Source: an uncultured Actinomycetes bacterium (lineage in GTDB: Bacteria > Actinomycetota > Thermoleophilia > Gaiellales > JAICJC01). Taken from it: DNA of 64,000 bases. The notes below the pieces were generated by a model, which worked only from the letters and a program-made list of their open reading frames with translations, ran no database searches and was not told the origin of the DNA. The stretch spans positions 39,971-103,970 of the forward strand of contig CAVPWG010000004.1 of assembly GCA_963709425.1 (NCBI GenBank). The letters are read 5' to 3'. A program made the position numbers and the translations under genes. How positions within the stretch are numbered: position 1 is the stretch's first letter; every line of letters begins with the position of its first letter. This document shows, one piece after another, positions 37,843 to 46,869 of this stretch.

Positions 37843-38784
37843 CTAGTCCGGTGCAGCGGGAGCAGCCTCCGCCTCGGTCTCGCCGTCCTGCTGTTTCTTT
37901 TTCCGATGGATCAGCGCGCGCGTCTCTTCCCATCCGATCGTCCGCGCGAGCATCGTGAGCCCGAAGACGGCGTTCCACGCCGTCGTGATCAGGCTCTGGC
38001 CGATGGTGTACGCCGAGATCGTGGCCTGCGGCGCGACGCCGTTCAGGACCACCGAAGCGAGCGCGGTCTGCGCTCCCACCGCCCCCGGCGCGATGGCGAC
38101 GGTCGACGACACCGAGGCGGCGGCGACGATCAGGAAGACGTTCTGGACCGACACCGGGATGTCATACGCATACATGAAGGTCGCGTTCACCCCCATGCGG
38201 GCGACATACGACAGCGCCTCGACGCCCACCACCTGAACGAAGAACGTTCGCGGTGTCCTGAGGATCGCACCACCCTCTTTCGCGTTCTCCCACGTCTCTT
38301 GCAGGCGGTGCCAGAGCATCCGCCCGACGATCCCGATCAGAAGCCCGCCCGCGACGATGATGATGAGCGTGAGCCCCCAGTGGTCGGCGAACCACCCCAG
38401 CTTCACATCGAACGACCCCGCGACGCCCAGGAACAGCCAGAGGTACACGAGCCCGCCGACCACGCCGAAGAAGATGTTCTCCACGGCCGTCGCGCCGACG
38501 AGCCCGGCGACCGTCGAGCCTGCGATGCTCGTGCGGAACAGACCGAGCATCGCCACGGTGCCTGCCGAGGCGGGCAGGATCGCGTTCAGCCCATTGCCGC
38601 CGGCGTAGTACCCGAGCGTATTCCGGTAGGTCACCCCGCCGTCCGGATAGGAGGCGCGCAGGATGTTCCGCCAGGCGAGCGCCACGAGCACGGTCTGCGC
38701 GGTCTGGAACACCAGCCCCAGGATGAGCAGGGGGACCGAAACCGACGTCAGCGTGTCCCAGAGTTGATCCAGCCAGTCCGTCAT
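37843..38784 (-). CDS. LPG-synthase-TM/flippase-like (UPF0104) membrane protein
   Basis: 313 aa with about 8 TM helices and a Lys/Glu-rich tail. Same family look as 34547..35624. Confidence 0.7.
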   Translation of the reverse strand: MTDWLDQLWDTLTSVSVPLLILGLVFQTAQTVLVALAWRNILRASYPDGGVTYRNTLGYYAGGNGLNAILPASAGTVAMLGLFRTSIAGSTVAGLVGATAVENIFFGVVGGLVYLWLFLGVAGSFDVKLGWFADHWGLTLIIIVAGGLLIGIVGRMLWHRLQETWENAKEGGAILRTPRTFFVQVVGVEALSYVARMGVNATFMYAYDIPVSVQNVFLIVAAASVSSTVAIAPGAVGAQTALASVVLNGVAPQATISAYTIGQSLITTAWNAVFGLTMLARTIGWEETRALIHRKKKQQDGETEAEAAPAAPD

Positions 38785-38912
38785 CGCCTCGACCAGCTAC
38801 GCCGGGTGTGCGATCGCATGCCACCGTCACGGCTCAGCATGACGGCCTCGAGGGAGCGGACACGAGTGCGCCGTTGCGACCCGGACCACCGGCGCCGGCA
38901 CCCGCCGGCCCG

Positions 38913-40430
38913 TCAGCGGAGGGCACCGGCCGAGTGATGTGCGGTCCCGGCAGTCGCCACGCGGGTGTGATCGGCTGTCGGAATCCGGGCGGCGACGCGC
39001 GTCCCGCGGCCGTTGATGCTCTCGACCTCGAGCTTCCCACCCGCCGTCTCGACCCGATCGCGCAGTCCGACGATCCCGGGCCCGTCGGCGGCACCGCCGG
39101 CGCCATCGTCGACGACCTCGATGTGGAGCGTGCGCGACCGGACGCCCGCCCGGACCTGGATCGAGGTGGCTCCCGCATCCTTCTGGGCGTTCGCGACGGC
39201 CTCGGCGAACACGTGGTACGCGGTCGCCTCGGCGGCGTCCCCGGCGCGCTCCGCCGGGAGCTCGACGAGCTCGATCGGGATGGTCGACCGGGTTGCCGCG
39301 CTCCGCATCGCTCGACCCAGGCCGAGGTCGCTCAGGACGGCCGGGTGAATGCCGTGGGCCAGCTCGCGCAGCTCGTCGACGGCGAGAACGAGCTGTGCCC
39401 GGGCGTCCTCGAGTGCGAGCGCGGCCTCGTTCGGGGCGTCCAGGAGCCGCTCGGCAGCGTGCTGGAGGCTGACGGCGAGGCGGACCAGCCGTTGCTGGGC
39501 GCCGTCGTGGAGATGACGCTCGAGCCGCCGCCGCTCCGTGTCCGCGGCGACGACGAGGCGAGCCCGAGACGCGGCCAGACCGGCCGCGAATCGCTCCCGC
39601 TCCGAGACGACGGCACCCAGATACAGCGTCGAAAGCGCCGACGCCAGGATGAAGAGCTGGGTGTCGAGGACGCTGCGCGAGATCGACTGGAAGGCGAACG
39701 GCCCGACGTAGTGCACGGTGTTCCACACGGTCAGGCCGAGGCCGATCGCGAGTGTGAGCGTGGCGCCGCGCTGCCCGAACCGCAGGGCCGCCCAGATGAG
39801 CGGCGGGAACACCAGGTACGCGAGCGGCTCGTGGCTTCGCAGTGCAAGCTCGCACGCGGCCACGGTCGTCGCGAGGAGCAGGGCCAGCTCGACGAGGTCG
39901 CGGGCTCGTTCGAACCGCGGCAACGGCGCCGACCAGGCGAGCGCCAGCGGGACGACAACCAGCGCGCCGCAGGCATCCCCGAGCCACCACGTGCGCCAGA
40001 TGGTGGGGAGCGCGTCGGTGGTGATGACGCCGCCGAGGCGGAGCGAGAGCGCGCCCATGGTGGCGCTGACCGCGACGCCCGTCGCGATGGCGACGAGCAT
40101 GCCGCCCAGGCCGTCCACGCTGGCCAGCGGTGGGTCACGCCGGACGAGTCGCCTGATCAGGATCGTGGCGATGGCCACCTCGAGCACGTTGCCGCAGGTC
40201 TGGCCGATTGCCGACCCGAGCGGGAGCGCGCTGTAGTCGTTCGCGAGCAGGTCGCCGATGAGGACACCCGGCAGGAACTGCAGCCCGTAGAGGTAGGTGA
40301 ACGCGATCCCGACACCGACCGGTAGCCAGACGATGGCGGCGACCGGGCCGGCGAACTCCAGGTGGAAGCTGAGCTGGGCGGCGCCGTCGTAGAGCGCCAC
40401 GAGCACCACCAGCCGGAGCAGGTAGTTCAT
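38913..40430 (-). CDS. MASE1-domain sensor histidine kinase (HisKA_3 type, HK3)
   Basis: The N-terminal 8-TMS region has AIVWLPVGVGIAF, GNVLEVAIA and WRTWWLGDACGALVV (MASE1-like). H-box is ERRRLERHLHDGAQQRLVRL. The ATPase G-box is DDGAGGA...GIVGLRDRVE. Confidence 0.85.
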   Translation of the reverse strand: MNYLLRLVVLVALYDGAAQLSFHLEFAGPVAAIVWLPVGVGIAFTYLYGLQFLPGVLIGDLLANDYSALPLGSAIGQTCGNVLEVAIATILIRRLVRRDPPLASVDGLGGMLVAIATGVAVSATMGALSLRLGGVITTDALPTIWRTWWLGDACGALVVVPLALAWSAPLPRFERARDLVELALLLATTVAACELALRSHEPLAYLVFPPLIWAALRFGQRGATLTLAIGLGLTVWNTVHYVGPFAFQSISRSVLDTQLFILASALSTLYLGAVVSERERFAAGLAASRARLVVAADTERRRLERHLHDGAQQRLVRLAVSLQHAAERLLDAPNEAALALEDARAQLVLAVDELRELAHGIHPAVLSDLGLGRAMRSAATRSTIPIELVELPAERAGDAAEATAYHVFAEAVANAQKDAGATSIQVRAGVRSRTLHIEVVDDGAGGAADGPGIVGLRDRVETAGGKLEVESINGRGTRVAARIPTADHTRVATAGTAHHSAGALR

Positions 40431-40575
40431 GACGGGTCCCCTCGGGAGCACGGACCTCACCACAACTTGTGCATGCTAAACGACGCGGGAGTCGAGGACC
40501 CAGCCGCGCCTCGGCGCCTGTTCGGCGTGGTTGGATATGCCATGAACGCGATTCGGGAGTCTCTGCGACCGCTGC

Positions 40576-41055
40576 GTGCTCGGATCGCGCTCGAGCATCG
40601 CCGGCAGCGTCTACGGCGCGATCGTCGTCATGGGGACGATCACCGCCGGATCGGCCGGCGGCACGATGGGCCCGTGGCAGCTTGCGAGCGTGACCGCGGC
40701 CACGGTGGTCGTCCTCTGGCTTGCCCACGTGTACGCCCACGGCCTCGGTGAGAGCCTGGAGCAGGGGCACACGGTGACGCGCGCCGAGCTCGCCTCCATC
40801 GCGCGCCGGGAGTCGTCGATCCCCCTGGCCGCCACCGGCCCGGTGTTCGCGCTGGTCCTCGGCGCGCTGGGCGTCCTCGAGGACTCGACAGCGGGTTGGG
40901 TCGCCCTCGGAATCGGTGTCGCGACGCTCGGCGTGCAGGGACTGCGGTACGCCCGCGGCGAGCGCTTGGGTCGAATGGGCACCGTCGTCGCGGTGTGCGT
41001 CAACCTCGCCCTCGGCCTCGTGATCGTGGCGTTGAAGGCGATCGTCACTCACTGA
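40576..41055 (+). CDS. Membrane protein of unknown function; N-terminus ambiguous
   Basis: GTG 40576 gives four TM helices (SVYGAIVVMGTITAGS...). An ATG at 40542 in the neighbouring frame (MNAIRESLRPLR) would join only through another +1 switch. I cannot decide between the two. Confidence 0.5.
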   Translation: MLGSRSSIAGSVYGAIVVMGTITAGSAGGTMGPWQLASVTAATVVVLWLAHVYAHGLGESLEQGHTVTRAELASIARRESSIPLAATGPVFALVLGALGVLEDSTAGWVALGIGVATLGVQGLRYARGERLGRMGTVVAVCVNLALGLVIVALKAIVTH

Positions 41056-41798
41056 CCGGCCCAGAGCTCGACCGTCCCTCCGGGCGGGATCACGACGACG
41101 TCCACCTCGGGAGCGAGCGCCGCAGCATGCTCGGCGAACTCGTGTGCAGGCGACTCGCTGTGACCGTGCGCCTTCGGCCCGGAGACGACCGGCGCCAGCG
41201 TCCCCCAGTGGATCGGCACCGCCACCTTCGGCGCGAGCAGCTCGAGGGCGCGGGCGGCGGCCAACGGGTCGAGGTGCCCCGGCGGAAGCCGTGCGCCCCA
41301 TCCCGCCACCGGGAGCAGCGCCACGTCGACGCCTGCCCGGCCGATCTCGGCCATGTCGGGGAAGAACCCTGTGTCCCCGGCGAAGTAGACGGTTCGATCG
41401 CCCTCGACGCGGTATCCGAGCGTCGGCGCCGCCGGCCCGAACCGATACCGGCGGCCGTCGTGATCGGCGTGCGTCGCGCGGATCGTGAGCGCCCCGAGCT
41501 GGAACGAATCACCCTCGCCGGCCTCGACGACGCCGGGGCGGCCGCGGACGAATCTGGCGGCGCCGCGAGGCACGACGATGGTCGGCTCGCCCTCGATCAG
41601 CGCGATCGACGCGGGATCGAGGTGATCCATGTGGGCATGGGAGATCAGCACCCCATCGACATCCGCAGCAAGGGCGGCGTCGACCGCGTCTCCACGGCGG
41701 AGATGCGCAACCCGCGGCCGCAGGATCGGATCGGTGATGAGCCGTGTCCCGCCCATGTCGATGACCACCGTCGCGTGCCCGACGTACGTCAGTCGCAC
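41049..41798 (-). CDS. MBL-fold metallo-hydrolase
   Basis: HAHMDH (the HxHxDH motif), plus FAGDTGF and a downstream His. 249 aa. Confidence 0.85.
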   Translation of the reverse strand: MRLTYVGHATVVIDMGGTRLITDPILRPRVAHLRRGDAVDAALAADVDGVLISHAHMDHLDPASIALIEGEPTIVVPRGAARFVRGRPGVVEAGEGDSFQLGALTIRATHADHDGRRYRFGPAAPTLGYRVEGDRTVYFAGDTGFFPDMAEIGRAGVDVALLPVAGWGARLPPGHLDPLAAARALELLAPKVAVPIHWGTLAPVVSGPKAHGHSESPAHEFAEHAAALAPEVDVVVIPPGGTVELWAGQ

Positions 41799-41904
41799 GC
41801 GGGCAGCCTACCGGCCCTCCGGGTGGCGGCCGAGCCGGTCGTGGGCGCGGACGCAGCCCGGCGCACATGTCACACCTGACGATCCGAGCGGACGGCCGGT
41901 GCGG

Positions 41905-42114
41905 CTACGCGTCCGTGGCGATCATGACGTCGGACGCCTTGATGATCGCCGTGGCGGCGCTCCCTTCCTTCAGGCCGAGCTCGTCGACCGCCTCGACGGT
42001 GATCGACGAGACGACCCGCTGGCCGCCGACGTCGAGGACGACGTTGGCGATGGCCTCGCCCCGGGTGATCGATGTGACGGTACCGGTCAGGCGGTTTCTG
42101 GCGCTGAGCTTCAT
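41905..42114 (-). CDS. Molbindin-like TOBE/Mop domain protein (69 aa)
   Basis: AAGGAGAGG lies upstream of ATG 42114. The product is MKLSARNRLTGTVTSITRGEAIANVVLDVGGQRVVSSITVEAVDELGLKEGSAATAIIKASDVMI. Confidence 0.75.
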   Translation of the reverse strand: MKLSARNRLTGTVTSITRGEAIANVVLDVGGQRVVSSITVEAVDELGLKEGSAATAIIKASDVMIATDA

Positions 42115-42138
42115 GCCTCTCCTTCGCTTGGTGGGATG

Positions 42139-42167
42139 CGGTAGTCTCTCCGAGACGCCGGTAGTCT
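42139..42167. repeat. Two direct copies of CGGTAGTCT 20 bp apart, upstream of the Mop gene
   Basis: The copies are at 42139-42147 and 42159-42167. The first overlaps a small palindrome GTCTCtccGAGAC at 42144-42156. Confidence 0.3.
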
Positions 42168-42242
42168 GTTCGTGACTATTCGGCCATTCCGCTTCGAAGG
42201 CCGCCTCGGGACGGTACAAGTGGATCGCGCTCTCGAACACCG

Positions 42243-42848
42243 AGCTTCGGCCTGCTCATGCTCCTGCCGACCGACTTCCGCTACCCCGAGTTCGCGCTGA
42301 TCCTCGGGTTGACGGGGATCTCGATGGGCATGTTCGCATCGCCCAACCGGGCCGGGGTGATGAACAGCCTGCCGGCCGGCGACCGTGGGGCCGGCGGGGG
42401 GATGAACCAGACGTTCCAGAACTCGGCCCAGGTGCTCTCGATCGGGATCTTCTTCACGCTCATGCTCCTCGGCCTGGCGGCCACGCTCCCCGACACCCTG
42501 CTCGGCGGGCTCCAGGCCCACGGCGTCTCGCACGCCACGGCGGAGCGGGTGGCGCACCTGCCCCCGGTCTCGATCCTGTTCGCCGCGTTCCTCGGGTACA
42601 ACCCGATCCAGCACCTCCTCGGCCCGGCCGCGCTGCACGCCCTCTCGGCCCACGACCAGGCGGCGCTGATCGGGCCGTCGTTCTTCCCGAACCTCATCTC
42701 GGGGCCGTTCCAGGACGGCCTCCACGCCGCCTTCGCCTTCGCCATCGTCGCCTGCCTCGTCGCGGCCGGGGCGTCGCTCATGCGCGGCTCGCCGAGCACG
42801 GCCGGCGAGGGGGCGGGACATGTGCTGGTGCCGGCGCGGCGCCTCTAG
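42243..42848 (+). pseudogene. 3' remnant of a DHA2-type MFS transporter gene (last ~200 aa only)
   Basis: FGLLMLLPTDFRYPEFALILGLTGISMGMFASPNRAGVMNSLPAGDRGAGGGMNQTFQNSAQVLSIGIFF... corresponds to the last TM helices of a 14-TMS MFS protein. Only ~130 bp separate it from the divergent Mop gene, so there is no room for the first ~300 aa. Confidence 0.65.
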
Positions 42849-42857
42849 AATCCGACC

Positions 42858-43181
42858 ATGGCGACGTTCCACGTGGTTGTCCACCGCTCCGGCCCCGAGT
42901 GGAAGCCGGCGGCGCCGCTCGAGGAGCAGTCCGGCTGGGAGGAGCACGCCGACTTCATGGAGGATCTCGTCGATCGCGGGTTCATCGTGCTCGGCGGGCC
43001 GCTCTTCGACGAGCACCGTGTCGTCCACGTGATCGAGGCCGACTCCGAGGAGGAGATCCGCTCGACGCTGGCGCGCGATCCATGGAGCGAGACGCACCTC
43101 CGGATCGCGGCGATCGAGCCCTGGACGATCCGGCTCGACGCGCGCCGACGCGCCCAGGCCGGCCCTACAGCGTCCGCTTGA
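42858..43181 (+). CDS. YciI-family protein
   Basis: MATFHVVVHRSGPEWKP...HADFMEDLVDRGFIVLGGPL...VIEADSEEEIRSTLARDPW is a typical YciI layout. Confidence 0.75.
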   Translation: MATFHVVVHRSGPEWKPAAPLEEQSGWEEHADFMEDLVDRGFIVLGGPLFDEHRVVHVIEADSEEEIRSTLARDPWSETHLRIAAIEPWTIRLDARRRAQAGPTASA

Positions 43182-44247
43182 GCGCCCGGATCCGCCGGAA
43201 CGACGCCTCGAGCGGCGTCCGGCTGATCGCGCCCGCGCGCGCCTCCCGCATCAGCGACGCGTAGACGCTTTGCGACGTCGCCTCGGATCCGGTGATGAGG
43301 ATCATGTCGGTGCCCGCGCGGGCGGCGCGGATGGCGAGCGGGTTGTCGCGGATCCCGCGTGCGTGCGCGGCACCGTCGAGCGAGTCGGTGATCGTGACGC
43401 CCGTGAATCCGAGGTCGCCCCGCAGGAGCCGCGTTCCGATCGCGGTCGACCAGCCGGCGGCGTTCGCCCCGTCGTATGCCGTGTACACGGCGTTCGAGAG
43501 CATGATCACCGGGACGTGCGCCGAGATCGCCGCGCGGTACGGCACGAGGCCCGCGTCGAGCTGCCCCCGAGACGCCGTGATCGCCTCGACGCGGAAGTCG
43601 GTGTTGAGCGTGGCGTAGCCGAGGCCGGGGAAGTGCTTCATGGCGGGGACGACGCCTCCCTGCTCGAGGCCGCTCGCGAAGGCGTTGGCGAGCGCGCTCG
43701 TGGCCGACGCCGAGCCGGACCACGTGCGGCCGCCCACCAGCATGAAGGAGCGCGGGGATGCGGGAACGTCGGCCACCGGGGCGAGGTCCACGTTCACCCC
43801 GAGCGCGTCGAGCGCCCGGCCGGTGCGCGCGCCCTGGTCGAGCGCCTCGGACGCCGAGCCGACGGCGCCCATCCGGGCCGGAGACAGCGTGGGCGGGGCC
43901 CACGGCACCTGCTTCACCGGGCCGCCCTCCTGGTCGACGGCGATGAGGAGCGGCGGGCGTCCGGCGTGGACGGCCGCCGCCTGGAGCGTCCCGGCGACCG
44001 ACCGCAGCTGCGCCGCGGAGGTGAAGTTCCGCCCACGGTAGAGGATCACCCCGCCGACCCGGCCCAGCCGGATCCGTTCCAGGAGCGCCGCGTCGGGGGC
44101 CCGCCCGTCCATCCGCACCACGAGCTTCTGTCCGATCAGGTGCGAGAGCGGCGGTGTCGCGGGGCGGGCGGTCGTCGGCGCGCCCGCCGTCAGCAGATGG
44201 GCGACGAGGGCGATCAGCCCCGCCAGGGTCTGAAGAGCGGAGATCAC
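43165..44247 (-). CDS. Glycoside hydrolase family 3 N-terminal-domain protein (NagZ-like beta-hexosaminidase), secreted
   Basis: Signal-like N-terminus. Motifs LLIAVDQEGG, VNVDLAPVADV and KHFPGLG are present. Confidence 0.85.
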   Translation of the reverse strand: MISALQTLAGLIALVAHLLTAGAPTTARPATPPLSHLIGQKLVVRMDGRAPDAALLERIRLGRVGGVILYRGRNFTSAAQLRSVAGTLQAAAVHAGRPPLLIAVDQEGGPVKQVPWAPPTLSPARMGAVGSASEALDQGARTGRALDALGVNVDLAPVADVPASPRSFMLVGGRTWSGSASATSALANAFASGLEQGGVVPAMKHFPGLGYATLNTDFRVEAITASRGQLDAGLVPYRAAISAHVPVIMLSNAVYTAYDGANAAGWSTAIGTRLLRGDLGFTGVTITDSLDGAAHARGIRDNPLAIRAARAGTDMILITGSEATSQSVYASLMREARAGAISRTPLEASFRRIRALKRTL

Positions 44248-44256
44248 ACCTCCAGG

Positions 44257-44562
44257 CTACGCGAGGTCTGCGACTGCGCGACCCGACGCGGCCAACGCGG
44301 TGACGAAGCGCCGCATGCCGGGGTCGTCCGCGGCCGGCAGGAGCGCGACCTCGTAGCCGCCGTCGAGGAGCGCGATCACCTGGTCGACCGTCGCTGCGAC
44401 CAGCGGTGAGCTGATGTCGGCGGGGAGGTCCGGCGGCGGAAGCGCGACCACGCCCCAACCTGCGAGGGCGAGCTCGCCGAGGTGGTCGCGGGCACCCGGC
44501 GGTGGGTTCACGACCGAGTCGGGCACAACGGCGACGCGGCGCGACCGCGCGTCATCCCGCAT
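44257..44562 (-). CDS. Small partner protein of the TudS-like gene (copy 1), unknown function
   Basis: 101 aa, overlapping the upstream gene by 11 nt. It is a paralog of 55252..55593: RVAVV...NP..G..D.L....WG...LP...GYEVAL. Confidence 0.5.
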   Translation of the reverse strand: MRDDARSRRVAVVPDSVVNPPPGARDHLGELALAGWGVVALPPPDLPADISSPLVAATVDQVIALLDGGYEVALLPAADDPGMRRFVTALAASGRAVADLA

Positions 44563-45112
44563 CCCGCGCTCCGTTGCTCAACATCGCGTCGAGCTGCGCG
44601 AGGTCGGCGGCCTCGTCATAGTCGAAGAGGTCCTGCCCGATCCCGACGGTGCGGACGTCCAGGAGCACGCCCGAGAGCTGGTCGAGCAGGGCCTCGGTGA
44701 AGAGGCCGGCCCCGGGCGTCACCGGGTAGTCGGCGTCGTTCGGCTTGTCGGGACGCCCACCCCACTCCTCACTGGCGGCGGTCAGCTCGACCCCCATGCT
44801 GGGGCTGCCGTCGATCCCGACGATGATCACGCGCGCGCCCGATGCCAGGTCGGCTCGGATCTGGGCCGCGACGGGCTCGGCCAGCCGGCGGCAGTGCCGC
44901 CGATACACCGGTGTGTCGTACTGCTCCCGCACCGCCCAGAAGCGGCGGCTGCCGCCGAAGGCGAGCTCGGGACAGGGCATCTGGCGGATGGTGCAGCCGT
45001 GATCGCGCAACAGCGCCAGGACCGGCGAGTAGACGCCGGCGCAACGGGCGCCGTCCTCCACCTTCGCGTTGGCGTTCAGCAGGCAGTGGGCCACGTAGCA
45101 GACCGTCTTCAT
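44552..45112 (-). CDS. TudS/DUF523-related Cys-motif protein (copy 1)
   Basis: VAHCLLNANAK, GARCAGVYSP, QMPCPELAF, YRRHCRR and GIDGSPSMGV are present. The CLL., CPE and SPS.G spacing recalls the TudS [4Fe-4S] ligand motifs. Confidence 0.6.
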   Translation of the reverse strand: MKTVCYVAHCLLNANAKVEDGARCAGVYSPVLALLRDHGCTIRQMPCPELAFGGSRRFWAVREQYDTPVYRRHCRRLAEPVAAQIRADLASGARVIIVGIDGSPSMGVELTAASEEWGGRPDKPNDADYPVTPGAGLFTEALLDQLSGVLLDVRTVGIGQDLFDYDEAADLAQLDAMLSNGARDAG

Positions 45113-46134
45113 GGCACCAGCACGATCTTTCCCACGTGGCGGCGTTCCTCCATGTAGGTGTGCGCCTGGGCGGCCTCTGCAAGCCGGAACGTGCGGTCCA
45201 CGGGGACGGTGATCCGGCCGGCGAGCACCATCTCGAGCGCCGTTCGGATCTCGTCCGGCGTCGCGACCCGGAACCCGAGGATCCGGTGCCCGCGGCGAAA
45301 GAGCTCGATGATGTCGAGCGGGACGACCTCACCGGCGTGCGCGCCGCAGGTGACGAGCCGCCCGTCCAGCGCCATCGCAGCCACGTGGTCAGCGAACCGG
45401 GGCCCGCCCGTCGTATCGACCACGGCGTCGACGCCGCGGCCGCCGGTGGCGTCGGCGACGGCCTCGGCCACGGGCGTCTCGAGGTAGCAGAACACCACGT
45501 CGGCGCCGAGCCTCCGCACCGCATCGACCTTCTCCGGCGTGCCCACCGAGGCGATCACGCGGGCACCGGCGATGACCGCAGCCTGGACCGCGGCGCCGGC
45601 GACTCCACCCGATGCCGAGGGCACGAGCACGGTCTCGCCCGGCCGGATCGCCGCGACGCTCGTCACCATCGACCACGCCGTCGAGACGACGCACTGCGCC
45701 GCCGCGGCCGGCACGAACTCGTCCTCCCCGCGCAGCGGGATGATCGCCCGCGCCGGGACCGCCGCACGCTCGGCGTAGCCGCCCCAGCGATCGGTGCCGA
45801 AGACGACGAACCGGTGACACAGGTCCTGACGCCAGCGGACACAGGCAGCGCACGTCCCGCAGGCATACTGCTGATAGGCCGTCACCGGGTCGCCCGGAGC
45901 GATGCCCTCGACCTCGGCCCCGACCGCGGCGACGGTGCCCGCGAACTCCGCCCCGAGCACCCATGGCATCGAGAAGGGCCAGCGCGAGGTCCCGGCGCGC
46001 GAGTCGAGGTCGCTGTGGTTCAGGCCGCACGCGCGCACCTCGAGAAGCACCTCGTCGGGCCCGGGCAACGGGTCGTCGACCTCCTCCCAGCCCATCACCT
46101 CCGGGCCGCCGTACTCGCGAAACGTGGCCGCCAT
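45109..46134 (-). CDS. Zinc-dependent alcohol dehydrogenase (MDR) family oxidoreductase
   Basis: Catalytic-Zn region is ACGLNHSD...GAEFAG. The structural-Zn loop is CGTCAACVRWRQDLC. The Rossmann motif is PSASGGVAGAAV. The start overlaps the upstream stop (TGATG). Confidence 0.9.
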   Translation of the reverse strand: MAATFREYGGPEVMGWEEVDDPLPGPDEVLLEVRACGLNHSDLDSRAGTSRWPFSMPWVLGAEFAGTVAAVGAEVEGIAPGDPVTAYQQYACGTCAACVRWRQDLCHRFVVFGTDRWGGYAERAAVPARAIIPLRGEDEFVPAAAAQCVVSTAWSMVTSVAAIRPGETVLVPSASGGVAGAAVQAAVIAGARVIASVGTPEKVDAVRRLGADVVFCYLETPVAEAVADATGGRGVDAVVDTTGGPRFADHVAAMALDGRLVTCGAHAGEVVPLDIIELFRRGHRILGFRVATPDEIRTALEMVLAGRITVPVDRTFRLAEAAQAHTYMEERRHVGKIVLVP

Positions 46135-46865
46135 CACGTCAGCTCTCCGAACCCCGGCATGCCGGCGTAGGAGATCGACTCGGGCCACCCGTAGGCACCC
46201 GCCTTGCTGGTCGAGAGGCCGCAGCGCCAGAGCGAGAACGCGATCATGGCGCCGAACGCGACGCCGTCGCAGACGGGCACGCCCACCTCGCGCCGGACGG
46301 TCTCGGCCACATCCGCCATCCCCCCGCACGCCAGGACGAGTGCCTCTGCGCCGCGTTCCGAGACGACGCGCCGGCCCACCTCGACGATGGCGGCGGTCGT
46401 GTCGGGGTTGTGACCCCCCTGGTCGGCGACCGGGATCCCGAGCGGTTCGACGGCCACGCATCGGCCGCGCATGCCGTGACGCTCGAGGGCGTCCTCCAGC
46501 TCGGGGATGCTCCGGCGCAGCGTCGTTACGACAGCGAACCGGCGGGCGATCGTGGCCGCGGCCTGGAAGGCCGCCTCCCCAATCCCGACGACCGGCGCCT
46601 CCGTCAGCTCTCGCGCGGCGCCGACTCCGGGGTCGCCGAAGCACGCGACCAGGTAGGCGTCGTGCGCCGGCAGCTCCCGAACGAGCGCCGCCACCTCGGC
46701 CGCGGCGATCACCGAGTCCGCCTCGCTCTCGATCGACGTCGGCCCCCGCTCGGGCGAGACGGCCGTCACCTCGCAGCCGGCCGGCAGCGTCTCGCGCGCC
46801 ACCTCGCCCATCGCCTCGGTATGCCGGGGGTCGGTGTTCGGGTTGATCAGCGCGAGCCGGAACAC
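46134..46865 (-). CDS. Asp/Glu/hydantoin racemase family protein
   Basis: GTG 46865 gives VFRLALINPNT. Two catalytic-Cys segments are present, VACFGDPG and VLACGGM. Confidence 0.8.
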   Translation of the reverse strand: MFRLALINPNTDPRHTEAMGEVARETLPAGCEVTAVSPERGPTSIESEADSVIAAAEVAALVRELPAHDAYLVACFGDPGVGAARELTEAPVVGIGEAAFQAAATIARRFAVVTTLRRSIPELEDALERHGMRGRCVAVEPLGIPVADQGGHNPDTTAAIVEVGRRVVSERGAEALVLACGGMADVAETVRREVGVPVCDGVAFGAMIAFSLWRCGLSTSKAGAYGWPESISYAGMPGFGELT

Positions 46866-46869
46866 GGGG

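Noticed and set aside
42115-42257. A molybdenum-cofactor riboswitch upstream of the Mop gene.
   Set aside because: The minus-strand leader shows no resemblance to the Moco RNA conserved core as I remember it. It shows only short direct repeats and a 5-bp palindrome.
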